Under the pieces are notes generated by a model. That model was given only the letters and a program-made list of their open reading frames with translations, searched no databases and was not told the DNA's origin. A DNA stretch of 62,669 nt, the filler included, from Octopus bimaculoides (Eukaryota), in NCBI RefSeq assembly GCF_001194135.2. It is 7 parts of 6 records of this genome, joined end to end, with 100 filler letters (N's around TTAATTAATTAA, not from the genome) between each part and the next. Parts side by side here need not be neighbours in the genome. Positions count along the whole stretch, not along the records: positions 49,464 to 51,432 come from NC_068988.1; positions 51,533 to 60,552 come from NC_068985.1; positions 60,653 to 62,669 come from NC_068982.1; 4 more parts are not named here. One strand, written 5' to 3'. Each line of letters starts with the position of its first letter. The stretch's first letter is position 1. Shown here in pieces: positions 49,420 to 60,964 of this stretch. Position numbers and translations under genes: made by a program.

Positions 49420-50148
49420 NNNNNNNNNNNNNNNNNNNNNNNNNNNNNNNNNNNNNNNNNNNNATATATATATATATAGCGGCGTACGTACACTTTGGTC
49501 TCTTATATGTAAGTATACATTTTTCTAAATCTTGTACGACTCTATTTCTGTCTATCAACCCTTTCACGCTTATTCGTTCATTCCACTGTTCTTTCTTTCG
49601 TTCCCCCTCTCTCACATTTCCTTGCCTTCTCTTGTTTCCCTCTACTTTCCACTTCACTGTGTCCCTGTCATTTTCCTCGCCCCACCCTTTGCCTCTACCT
49701 CTCTCTCTTCTCTTCCCACTTGTCCGGTGTTCGGCCAAGCGTGATCTTTCTTTCTTGGGCGGCCGTTGTCCGTACAACATCGATATTCCTCCCTGTGCCT
49801 GTGAAATCATGTATCCATGCCGTAAGGCTTTATTTCCACACATGCCAGCTTAATTTAATTCGTCCTTAGTCGAAAGACATGTCCGTTTTTTTCTGTCCTT
49901 GGTTTTGTATACATTCGCTGCTTTCTACCAAGGAATTTAATGCTCTTAGCTTAGTTTTTCCTTGGGGCTGGCCATATTGGAGCAATCTCGAGCATAATCA
50001 GCCGAAATTGCAAAGATAATCTGGTACTCGACTGAGGAAAGAAAACTTCGAATGACCCGTATGAAAGAGAGAAAGAAAGAGAGAGAAAGAGAGAGAGATA
50101 ACTTCGTATGAAAGAGAGAGAGTGAGAGAGTGAGAGAGAGAGAGGGAA

Positions 50149-50179
<31 letters not shown>

Positions 50180-50285
50180 GAGAGAAAGATAGAGAAAGAG
50201 AGAAAGAGAGTGAATGGGTTGTGTTGTCATGTATGCGTACATACATCAATACATAAGCGTGCATATTTTTTTGTATGTACGTGTG

Positions 50286-50323
<38 letters not shown>

Positions 50324-50429
50324 AGAGAGAGAAAGAGAAAGATATAGATAGAGAGAGAGATATAGATAGAGAGAGAGAGTGAGTGAACGTGTGTGTTGTC
50401 ATGTATATGTAAATGGCACTCTCTCTCTT

Positions 50430-50461
<32 letters not shown>

Positions 50462-50578
50462 TTCCATTTCATATACACGTCCATACATCTTTCACTTTCT
50501 CCTCACTTCCGAACTTGTCTCGTTGTCTTTTATTTTGATATCGATATGTACAACTTTTCTGACATTACTTCAATGAAA

Positions 50579-50611
<33 letters not shown>

Positions 50612-50883
50612 TTACCGGTTGCGAATTCTAACATGATCTTTAAAAACAGTTTGAAATAAAACGGTCTAAATCATTAATCGTCAATTTCCATTTTAATTTC
50701 GACATTTAAATATTTGAATAAGGGAAATAACTTTAAAAGAACTTCTGCAATTTTAGAGTGATTTCCCTTGTAAAGTAAGCTATTTTAAAAAGCACAGCCG
50801 TGCTTGTAAATTGTGTTAATATACATAGCCAAATGACGCGCGAAACTTAATCAAGAGAGAGTGATAATTCTTTCTACTAAGAC

Positions 50884-51075
50884 GGCAGAATCGTTACTGT
50901 GTTCTAAAAAAATGCTAGCGGCATTTCATCCGACGTTATGTTCTCAGTTCAAATGCCGCCGTGGTCAACCTTACTGTTTATATCTTCGGAGTCAATAAAA
51001 TAAATACCACTTAAACACTTGGGATCGATGTAATCGACTTATCTCCTTCTCCGAAATTGATGGCCTTTTACCAGA
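50884..51075 (+). mobile_element. SINE family C copy (diverged)
   Basis: GGCAGAATCGTT...GTTCAAATGCCGCCGTGGTCAACC...GATCGATGTAATCGACTT. Confidence 0.7.
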
Positions 51076-51122
51076 ATTGTATTGCTTCAGATATACAAAG
51101 ATACGCATACATAAACATACAT

Positions 51123-51158
<36 letters not shown>

Positions 51159-51177
51159 ATATATATATATATATATA

Positions 51178-51370
51178 TACTCTCTTTTACTTGTTTCAGT
51201 CATTTGACTGCGGCCATACTGGGGCAGCGCCTTTAGTCGAGCAAATCGACCCCAGGACGTATTCTTTGTAAGCCTAGTACCTATTCTATCGTTCTCTTTT
51301 TTCCGAACCGCTAAGTTACGAGGACGTAAACACACCAGCATCAGTTGTCAAGCAATGTTGGTGGGGGACA
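51178..51370 (-). mobile_element. SINE family B, 3' half
   Basis: CTTTTACTTGTTTCAGTCATTTGACTGCGGCCAT...TTTGTAAGCCTAGTAC...AACACACCAGCATC. Confidence 0.9.
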
Positions 51371-51389
51371 CACACACACAGACACACAA

Positions 51390-51432
<43 letters not shown>

Positions 51433-51476
51433 NNNNNNNNNNNNNNNNNNNNNNNNNNNNNNNNNNNNNNNNNNNN

Positions 51477-51488
51477 TTAATTAATTAA
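51477..51488. other. Artificial scaffold linker
   Basis: N44-TTAATTAATTAA-N44. Confidence 0.95.
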
Positions 51489-51637
51489 NNNNNNNNNNNN
51501 NNNNNNNNNNNNNNNNNNNNNNNNNNNNNNNNAATTTGTTTTCTCTCCTTAATTTTATATTCCTGAAACTCTGTCAGAGCGGTAATTGGTTGAGCTGTAT
51601 AAAATGGATATCTATATCACATATTTCTTCATTGTTT

Positions 51638-51688
<51 letters not shown>

Positions 51689-51699
51689 TTATATATGTG

Positions 51700-51915
51700 T
51701 ATATGTGTCCCTGTGTTTATCCCCCACCACTGCTTGACAATCAGTGCTGGTGTTTTTCTTTCCCCTTAACTTAGCAGTTAGGCAAAAAAAAATTGATAGA
51801 ATAAGTACCAGGCTTTTTAAAAAAAGTAAGTACTGGACTCAGTTCATTTGACTAAAAATATTCCTCAGTGTAATGCCCCAGCATGGCCACAGTCTAATGT
51901 GCGAATCAAATAAAA
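51700..51915 (+). mobile_element. SINE family B, 3' half
   Basis: TTATCCCCCACCACTGCTTGACAA...ATAGAATAAGTACCAGGC...CCAGCATGGCCACAG. Confidence 0.8.
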
Positions 51916-52033
51916 GATATATGCATGTGTGTTCATTTTATTACTTTCATTTCTCTCACTGCTAAAGGAATGAAAGTCAGTGTCCAATCTCATATTTAAC
52001 AGTATTTACATTTTTTCATTTTTTTTATTTCAG

Positions 52034-52354
52034 GTGCTCCTATTGTGGATCATCTAGAAAATGTCATTGAAGCTGAAGAGTCAGAGAGCAAAATTGTTAA
52101 GTGTTTCATTTATTCGTACTCTCAGGAAATTAATGTTAAGTGGTGCCATAACAATCATCTAAAAGAAGGGGTAATTTTATCAATTTCAAATCGTCAAGCA
52201 ACTGTGGTAAATGAAACAGTTCAGTTACCAGGATATATTACTCAATTAGAATTAAAAAATATCAAAGAGAAAGATTTTGGAAAATACACACTATATGTTC
52301 GCAATAAAGAAGGTGAATCAAATGCTACATTTATTTTAAGAAATGCAGCTACAG
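52034..52354 (+). CDS. Ig-like domain exon of a single-pass IgSF membrane protein (321 nt, phase 1-1)
   Basis: Long polypyrimidine TTTCAG| acceptor and ACAG|GTAAGG donor; open frame APIVD...VKC...VKW...TQLELKNIKEKDFGKYTLYVRNKEG.SNATFIL matches the Ig I-set/C2 pattern. Confidence 0.92.
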
Positions 52355-52384
52355 GTAAGGTTTATTTATCTTTTATTTTCTATT

Positions 52385-52770
52385 TGTCTCAGTTCTTGGT
52401 CTGTGGCCATGCTGGTTTACTTGAACAAATCAACCCTGTACTTATTTTTAAAGTTTGCTTCTGCTACTAATTCTATTGGCCTCTTTTGTTTTTTGCTGAG
52501 CCACTAATTTACAAGATGTAAATAAACCAGTACAGGTTGTCAAGTAGTGGTGGTGGTGGTGGGGGATAAGCACAAACATACAAACATACATACACATACA
52601 CATGCATGAATATATATATATGACAGGTTCCATCTTCCAAATCCACTCACAAGGCTTTGATCTGCCCAGGACTATAGTAGGAAGCACTTGCCCAAGGTGC
52701 CATGCAGTGAGACTGAACCCAGGGTCATATGGTTGGAAAGCAAACTTCTTAACACACAACCACATCTATG
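52385..52770 (-). mobile_element. SINE family B, full length, diverged
   Basis: 3' domain, central SSR and head (GACTGAACCC...AAGCAAAC) in minus orientation. Confidence 0.8.
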
Positions 52771-52836
52771 TGCACATATATACATATATAATACCTTCTA
52801 AGTGAATTTAGTAGGCAGAAACTGTAGTGAAGCCCA

Positions 52837-52874
<38 letters not shown>

Positions 52875-53089
52875 TCTATATTGTTATAATTATTGCTAAT
52901 ATACACTCCAGGCAATATTACTATCCAGTGAAGTGAATATGGAGTTACCCATCACAGAAATTTACAGCATCAGTGATGATTAATAGTAGTCATAGACATT
53001 AAATACTAATGGATGTGGTTAGCCGTAACTGAAAGCCACCATGGTATCCACCTGAATGATATATCTCTCTAAACTCACACATATATATA

Positions 53090-53945
53090 CAGAGTGTGGT
53101 GAATAAATTGTCATTTAAATTACACAAAAATTAAAATAACACTGACATCTCATTTTAACAGATATATTTATCAAAATTACAAAGAAATATCTTGGAATAC
53201 TAAGGAGTAAATTTATTCAATAAAATTGCCATCGACTTCAACCATGGCCTCCAGACGACTTCAGAATCTCCTGCAACTCTTCTGGATGGTTTCCTTGTTT
53301 AAGTTGGTGACTGCTGCCATAATCCTTGCTTTCAGTTCATCTTTGGTGTTACAAGGAGTTTTGTTGGTCTCTCGCTCAACTGCGCCCCACACATAATAAT
53401 CAAGGGGGTTGCAGTCTGGGGAGTTAGGTGGCCAGATGTTTGGGGTGATGTGGTCACAGGAATTGTCTGACAGCCATGACTGGTTTCTCCTGCTTGTGTG
53501 GCATGGTGCAGAATCCTGTGGCCAGACACAGGGTCTTCCAGCAGCCATCCTCTTGACCCAGGTCATCACTACCTCCTCCAGGCACTTGATGTAATACTCT
53601 GTGTTTGAGTCTGAGGCCATGTGGGAAAATGAATGGAGGCATAGCATTGCCATCACTAGTGATCACTCCAAGCACCATCGTGTTGACTTAATGTTTGATT
53701 TTTATCATTCTCAGAACATGTTTTGGGGACACAGCAAGTCAACGGTTGTTCTGTGTGTTCACCATCTGATCCTGGCAGAAATTTTTCTCATCTGAGATAA
53801 ACCAAAGCATGTTCGGTTGGAGGGGATGCTTGAATTTGTTCAAAAGCTTTGTAGCATTGTCTTTCCTCTTGTCCTTGATGACTTGGGATAAAAATTGGCC
53901 CTTTCTCATCTTGTATGAGGAATATCAAATGTCTTCATGCACTAC
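53090..53945 (-). mobile_element. maT/Bmmar1-type (DD37D) Tc1/mariner transposon remnant
   Basis: SDEK...MVLGVITSDG...QDSAPCH-(37 aa spacing)-WPPNSPDCNPLDY; one terminus TA|CAGAGTGTGGTGAATAAATTG; 5' part missing. Confidence 0.92.
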
Positions 53946-55034
53946 CTGCACTCAAGTTTTACCCAAATTATTTCTTCATTGACAGAGTTATGTATTGATT
54001 TCCCAAACAAGTTCACATTATGTTAACTTTGTTCATTTTTATGATACTCTGTTACATAGCCATTAGCCTCTAACTTTTGATCCTGTGATATGGACCATCC
54101 CATTAACCTCACTCCACAACATCTTACCATTGCTATTTCCCCCAGTAAATTGAAATAGGATGTAACTCTCAGAACCAATGTAAATTACTTTTGGAAGTGA
54201 CTAAGTAATCCCATAAATTATGGATATTACCTTAGAATTGACTTTTTTTACCATTCCTTACTATTTTTTTATTTTTTTTATTTCATTATTTTATTCTATT
54301 ATTTTATATTACTTCATCACATGTTAGATTCCTAACATTATGATCTCTCTGATGAAGCTCTGGGGCTCAATTATTGTCCAACCCCTGTCCAATGTTTGTT
54401 CAACCTTTATACAGTCCCTGTATATTACTGGTATGATGTGGAAACTTTGGCAAGTTGGACATCCCAAAGTAGAAACAGCTGTAAGAGTTTAGTATTTTTT
54501 CACTCATTTATTCTTTTTTTTTTTTTTTTTTTTTTTTTTTTNNNNNNNNNNNNNNNNNNNNNNNNNNNNNNNNNNNNNNNNNNNNNNNNNNNNNNNNNNN
54601 NNNNNNNNNNNNNNNNNNNNNNNNNNNNNNNNNNNNNNNNNNNNNNNNNNNNNNNNNNNNNNNNNNNNNNNNNNNNNNNNNNNNNNNNNNNNNNNNNNNN
54701 NNNNNNNNNNNNNNNNNNNNNNNNNNNNNNNNNNNNNNNNNNNNNNNNNNNNNNNNNNNNNNNNNNNNNNNNNNNNNNNNNNNNNNNNNNNNNNNNNNNN
54801 NNNNNNNNNNNNNNNNNNNNNNNNNNNNNNNNNNNNNNNNNNNNNNNNNNNNNNNNNNNNNNNNNNNNNNNNNNNNNNNNNNNNNNNNNNNNNNNNNNNN
54901 NNNNNNNNNNNNNNNNNNNNNNNNNNNNNNNNNNNNNNNNNNNNNNNNNNNNNNNNNNNNNNNNNNNNNNNNNNNNNNNNNNNNNNNTACACACACATTT
55001 ACATATATAAACACATACATATATATATATATAA

Positions 55035-55074
<40 letters not shown>

Positions 55075-55195
55075 AAACACACACACACACAAACACACAC
55101 AAATTCTCTCTGCCTTTATATAGCTCTCTTTCCCTCTATCTTTACATCCTCTTTCTTGTAGTTCTCAGTAACCCTTACTTGTTATGTACTTTCAG

Positions 55196-55303
55196 CTAAT
55201 AATGTACTAACCATTGGAATTACGTGTGGCGTGATAGTTCTCATTCTTGTTACACTTATCATATGCTGCTTTTGGTACTTTTCTATCAGGAAGATCTCAT
55301 CAG
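55196..55303 (+). CDS. Transmembrane exon (108 nt, phase 1-1)
   Basis: TACTTTCAG| ... TCAG|GTAAAG; ANNVLTIGITCGVIVLILVTLIICCFWYFSIRKISS is a TM helix followed by RK; in frame with the Ig exon. Confidence 0.9.
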
Positions 55304-56580
55304 GTAAAGTATAGCCAATTTTGCTCTATCATGCTGATTTAGACTTGGATTTACATTAAGTGGGCATTTGGCTGTGGAATCTCCAGGGTATGACATTAAA
55401 CTGCATCCAGTGGTGAGGCAACTGTTCAGGAGTTCTTATGTTGTGGGTAGTCACCCTTGAATAGCCATTAACTTCCGGTTGATCTTGACACAGAGCAGTA
55501 GTATCTGTCAGGTCTCATCTATGAGTTAAATAAATTTTTGTAAGTGTAGATTGAGTGCCTTAGCTGTGGTGAAAGCAATGAATCATGGAGAGGGAAAATT
55601 CCAAAATTAGGACCTTCTTCCAACATGCCAATATGGAAGAGTATGGCTGATGAAACTTACATGAGGTATGTCGAATAACATAGATTCATACTATTGTAGG
55701 TGTGACATAAATTGAAACAAAATTCTGTCATTGTTCTATTTACGGTTCTCCGGAAGCCAGGGGATTCAACATCAGCAACCTCCCACTCTAGAATGTTCCA
55801 AGTATAGCGGATTTATATCCTTTTTAGTAATTGCACTATGGCACGGGACGTTCTGGAAGGGTTTTGTTCACTGGGGGGGGGGGCAGCAGCAGTCTTTCAG
55901 CCTGTATATGGGACAGAGAGATTCGTTCTTTCTCTCTTTGCTATGCCTAATCCAACATGTTCACATCCATGTTATGGAGAGCAACAATACTTGTCTACAC
56001 GTGGTTTAAGCTAAGAAGATGGCCTCTACCACCTATGTTACACCACATGCATTCAGATTTCTTTTGTGCCACTAGCGAATCATTTGTAGTGTGAATTTCT
56101 ATTGCAATTCTTTCATGCAGAACGCAACTGGGCAAAATATTGTATGTAACTTTTCACATTTCTCTGCTGGTTCACTGGAAACATATTCTTTGTGAACTTG
56201 TATCTGTTCTTATCTATGATTAAATTATTTGTGAAGTTTAAGAATGACTCCTTCGTTATTCCTAACCTTGCACCTGCATTAACATTTAATACAGAGAAAA
56301 CTACTACTAGAGTGATGACCAAACAACACTAAACTATGGAGCCAAGCATCTCATGTTAGTGCACATTCTGCCACAGGTGGACATAACATAAAACAATGAT
56401 GTCTGAGGGATACCCAGCTACTTACATTTTGATTGAATGATTTAGACATTCAGTTAATCAAACTTAACAGCAAAACCAATAAAGACTTTACTTGGTTTTA
56501 CTATTATTTTGTTAATCTAATTAAGTAACGAGCAATCATGTTAATTCTTCGGTGTTCATTATCATTATTTTTATGCCTGC

Positions 56581-56768
56581 AAAGGCGACAAGCTGGCAGA
56601 ATCATTAGAATGCTGGACAAAATGTTCAACAGCATTTTAAGTTCAAATTCTGTCATGGTCAACCTTGCCTTTCCTCTTTTTGGGGTCAATGAAATAAGTA
56701 CAGATGTAATTGATGATCACCACCCCACTAAAATTTTAGGTCTTGTGCCAATATTAGGAAGAATTACT
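56581..56768 (+). mobile_element. SINE family C copy
   Basis: AAAGGCGACAAGCTGGCAGAATC...CTTGCCTTTCCTCTTTTTGGGGTCAATGAAATAAGTAC. Confidence 0.75.
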
Positions 56769-56859
56769 TTTATGCCTGTTTTTTTTCTCAAATTAGATAA
56801 ACATTCCATGAGGGAGATATGCCTTTTGTGACCAGATATCACACAGACAGTCTTTTGGT

Positions 56860-57050
56860 CTTGCTTCACAATCGTAAGGTTGCGGGTTCAATTCATGGAT
56901 CAGGTGAAGCATTGTGTCCTTGAGAAAGACACTACTCCAGTTTACTTTGCTGAAAATGAGCAGCCTTCTCTTCTTCCAGGGATTACATTTTCCATGTTCG
57001 ATTGGATCCTGACTGGGAAGTCCAAAAAGAGGCCTATACCTGCCCACAAC
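56860..57050 (+). mobile_element. Decayed tRNA-SINE
   Basis: GGTTGCGGGTTCAATTC...TGTGTCCTTGAGAAAGACAC...TACTTTGCT. Confidence 0.45.
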
Positions 57051-57514
57051 CACATAGATTGCTTATTTTTTCCTAGACATAGTCTACCACAAACAATTAA
57101 CCAATGTGCTCTTCCATTCAGAGGGAAACTTGGCTTCTCTTTCTAGATGGTCAAGTGACAATGTAGAGGTTTCTTTGTAGGCTCTGAGACTTGATTGTTG
57201 TTATAGCTGTTGTTGTTTAGCCACATGTTGACCTTGATTGAGCAAACCTATGATCATAAGCATTCCATCTCATCATTTTCTTTTTTTTTTTTTTGAGCTA
57301 CAGTGTACCTCAGACTACATTTTCTAAGGTAGTAGTGAGTGATATGAAGGAGATTTAGATTCTCTAAGTGTGAATGAAATGAAAGCAATTAAAATCACTT
57401 CTTAATTACTTTTATGCAGCTTAAATACTTCCACATAATTTTTTTTCCAAATTCATTTGTGATATTACCATCTTATTCTTATTCTTTATTTTTGTTTTGT
57501 TTTGTTTTTTACAG

Positions 57515-57539
57515 TTACTGAAAGAAAGGAATATTCAAG
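57515..57539 (+). CDS. 25-nt cytoplasmic micro-exon (V-TERKEYS-, phase 1-2)
   Basis: Very long T-rich tract TTTTTTACAG| and CAAG|GTAAAT donor; in frame after the TM exon. Confidence 0.75.
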
Positions 57540-58693
57540 GTAAATTGTTTTCTTTTTTAACAATTCAGATTTCTTTTTCTTCCTTTTCTAACATCTATCA
57601 TAATAATTCTAACACTTAATGTATAACACTGTGTAACAAAATTTATATTTTATTTTATTTTATTTTTATTTTTTGTCTTTGGCCAGTAAGAGTTATTTCT
57701 TATTTTCATCTGTCTAGAAATCAAAGGAAATGACTACTATTCCCTTCAAACTTTGATGTTGTAACCTGGACGTAAATGTTTTGAAACTGACCTGTTTTCT
57801 GTTACATTCTAGACAGATTCAGCACTGAGTTACTGAAGCAGAAATATCATTATAGCACATATTCTGCTCAATACTATAGATTTCCTTGTCAGTCATTTGA
57901 CCATAATCACTTGAGTATGTCCCTCAGAGGCAGACAATATGTGCATTTCTGATCATGAGTAAGAGTTGTTGGAGAGCATCATAGCCATGTGTTGAGAGGG
58001 ATTATTTGGGGGTTTGAATAAATGTAATAAAAGCAAAATTTGAAGGAAATATTAGCCATTTTTCATACTTTCTAGGAGTAAGCAAATAGGAAATAACAGT
58101 TGCTATCCAAGGACAAAAATCATGTTACCCTCCAATTAACTCTATCTAACTATTCAATATAAAGAGCTAATAATGTTGGATTGTACAGTGCTGAATTAAA
58201 ATATAAGCTAAAAAAAATAAAAGAAACTGAAAGAATAGAAAATGTAAAGGATAGTAGCTTAGTCTAGTAATCACCTGTTATACCAGTACTCCATCATGAA
58301 AATCTGTTACCCTATAATTTGTTACTGTTAGGCCTACATTTGCTACCCTCTACTCAGCCAGGCCTTTGCTGTCACTTCACCTAGCATCCTTGCTCCCTAC
58401 TAACTAATGTTCTCTGCCACCATGTCTTTTACCTCAGAGCTCTCCATCCATCATGTCCTTACCACCTGTGCTGATCACACTATCCTCACCACTGCCCACT
58501 TACCCTTCAGTAGTATATAAGATGTGGCATTAGGCTACCATCATCTTCTATCCAATACACTTTAACTTCACTATGCTGTGTTGCCAGCCAACACACCCAT
58601 TTCTCTCTGAATAACCTCTGTTGCAACCCTTTATCTACTCTTGCCTTTATCTCAACACCCACTTCTACTTTTGTCAACTGCTGTTATTGCCAG

Positions 58694-58845
58694 CTAGTAA
58701 AACCAGTGATATCTTCTCCATATCATATCTGACTGTTTTAAGAAAATCTCAGAACATATTGGAGAATGATACAGAAAGAGAGAATGGTTATGGTTGGAAT
58801 GAGAGTCAGGACAAATTTTGTGAGGCATTCTATCAGATGCTCTAA
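58694..58845 (+). CDS. Candidate alternative terminal exon (phase 1)
   Basis: Pyrimidine-rich ...TTATTGCCAG|; frame ASKTSDIFSISYLTVLRK...FYQML* fits only if spliced directly to the TM exon. Confidence 0.25.
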
Positions 58846-59037
58846 CAACTTAGACTGCTTACTACCTTAGTATAAAAGCTGAAAGTCAGTTAGTAGATAG
58901 AAAAAAAAGCACTGTACATTCTGCTTACTATTCAGCTTTCTTTTTCTCTGAGGATATGAGCTCGATCAGGCTAAAATCAGTTACTAACTTTTCTTATAAC
59001 CCATACTGAAATTGTTTCATCAATATCCCAAATCTTT

Positions 59038-59253
59038 AGGGCAGCAAGCTGGCAGAAATGTTAGCATGCTGGTCGAAATGCTTAACGGTATTTAGTCTGT
59101 CTTTGCATTTGAGTTCAAATTCCGCTGAGGTCGACTTTGCATTTTATCCTTTTGGGTCAATAAATTAAGTACCAGTTGCGTACTGGAGTCAGTCTAATCA
59201 ACTGGCACCTCCTTAAAAATTTCAGACCTTGTGACTAGAGTAGAAAAGAATAT
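59038..59253 (+). mobile_element. SINE family C copy
   Basis: GCAAGCTGGCAGAAATGTTAGC...GAGTTCAAATTCCGCTGAGGTCGACTTTGC...AAGTACCAGTTGCG. Confidence 0.85.
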
Positions 59254-59805
59254 TTCAAATCTTTCTCACTGCTGCTTGTTTATTGCTTTCTTTGTTATAT
59301 CTTGTTATTTTTTATTAATTTCTTTTTACTTTAAGGTTTTTCATTTCATCTTGTTCAACAAAAACATCTTCTCTTGAAAATCATTGGAATAATAAAGTTT
59401 TGAGGTTGTCGATTTTAATATTTTATGCTTTGCATGGGTATTTTGCTGGAATGAAAAAACGTTGAGGTTGTCAACTTCAACATTTTATTCTTTTGCATGG
59501 GTAACCTTATTGAAATATCATTCTGTATGCATTTATATATTTTTAGCATTCAAAATATTTTGTTTTGTCTTATGAGGGTGTGTGAATGTGCCAGTTTTCA
59601 GGTGAGTTACTATAAAGCCTCTGATAGTGAGGGATGATCATGTATCTACACCTGAAGTTCTGAGCAAGACTTATTTTGAGGAAAACTCGCAATTGTTCAT
59701 GCATGCAAATATTTCCTCTCCACACCACTGATTCTGTTTTGAGAATGACCGATTCAGTGGTACCAACACCAACACTGGTGTTGCTGGAACAAACACCACA
59801 TAAGC

Positions 59806-60208
59806 ACAGGTGTGGTCTGTGTGGTAAGAAGCTTGCTTCCCAACCACATAGTTCCAGGTTCAGTCCTATTGCATGGTACCTTGGGCAAGTATCTTCTACT
59901 GTAGCCTTGGACTGACAAAAGCTTTATGAGTGGATTTGGATGACATAAACTGAAAGAATCCCATTCTGTATGTGTGTGTTTGTGTGTGTGTGTGTTTGTG
60001 TCTGTGTTTGTCCCCTATCATTGCTTGTCAACCAGTGTTAGAGTGTTTATGTCCCTGTAAGTTAGCAGTGTGGAAAGAAGAGTCTGGTGGAATAAGTACC
60101 AGGCTTTAAAAAAAATTAGTACTGGCATCAATTCATTGAACTAAAAGCAACTTGTTCAAGGCAGTGCTCCAGTATGGCCGCAGTTTGATGTCTAAAATAA
60201 GTAAAAGA
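59806..60208 (+). mobile_element. SINE family B, full length
   Basis: Head, middle domain, (GT)n centre and 3' domain ending AAGTAAAAG. Confidence 0.85.
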
Positions 60209-60416
60209 AGGTACCCTGTGCAATGATCTAATAATTCCACCAATCCCCTATGCTATATTCTTTTTTTTTTTTTGTAATCATTCGTGAGAAGATGAAAAGC
60301 AGCAATTGAACTCAGAGGGCTGAGAGTTGAAACAAAACTATGAGGCATTTTATCCAGCCCACTACATGACCCTGCCAATTCATAACCTTAGCCGGCTGGA
60401 TTCAAGCATCAGTTGT

Positions 60417-60507
60417 CTAACCCTTTAACATTCAAACTAGCCATATTTGGTTCAAATATTCTATCTTTTTTTTATGTTGAAACCAACTAGATCAAGTCTC
60501 TTACACA
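60417..60507. mobile_element. Partial copy of the 16102 piggyBac-type MITE, opposite orientation
   Basis: TAACCCTTTAACA...CAAATATTCTA...AACTAGATC..TCTTACACA is the reverse complement of 16225-16320. Confidence 0.65.
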
Positions 60508-60552
60508 TGCGAGGTAGTGTCAAAAGGTTCCCGGACTAGTTATGTTTAATAA
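60508..60552 (+). mobile_element. Mariner-type terminal inverted repeat (left end)
   Basis: TGCGAGGTAGTGTCAAAAGGTTCCCGGACT resembles TACGAGG..TCAAAAAGTTCCCGGAC mariner ends (recall). Confidence 0.55.
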
Positions 60553-60596
60553 NNNNNNNNNNNNNNNNNNNNNNNNNNNNNNNNNNNNNNNNNNNN

Positions 60597-60608
60597 TTAA
60601 TTAATTAA
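60597..60608. other. Artificial scaffold linker
   Basis: N44-TTAATTAATTAA-N44. Confidence 0.95.
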
Positions 60609-60652
60609 NNNNNNNNNNNNNNNNNNNNNNNNNNNNNNNNNNNNNNNNNNNN

Positions 60653-60857
60653 TGAGAGCTTGGTTGGATCAATTTTTCGAGTCGAAATCGGGTGATTTCT
60701 ACCAACGATGTATTGAAAATCTTGTTGAACGTTGGAAAGAAGTTGTAAACAGCAAGGGTGAATACATTATTGATCAATTAGTTGTTATTTTTTATTAAAC
60801 CTTTTAAAAAAATTAAATTAAAAAAAAAACGGTGAGAACTTAGTTGCCAACGCAATA
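60653..60857 (+). mobile_element. Mariner transposase C-terminus and right TIR
   Basis: RAWLDQFFESKSGDFYQRCIENLVERWKEVVNSKGEYIID; end AAACGG...ACTTAGTTGCCAACGCAA|TA. Confidence 0.88.
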
Positions 60858-60964
60858 ATTAATTGTTTTTAACAAAAACATTTTCAAACTTCCTATACTG
60901 GTACAATTATGTCACATAGAACAGGGTTTACTCTTAACGTTTTTGACAAAATTTTGTATTTTAG

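Noticed and set aside
49880-50070. Hammerhead at GGCTG...CAGCC-GAAA
   Set aside because: No CUGANGA upstream; probably another repeat family I could not classify.
59598-59700. Exon after TTTTCAG|
   Set aside because: It gives an immediate stop in the phase required by the micro-exon.
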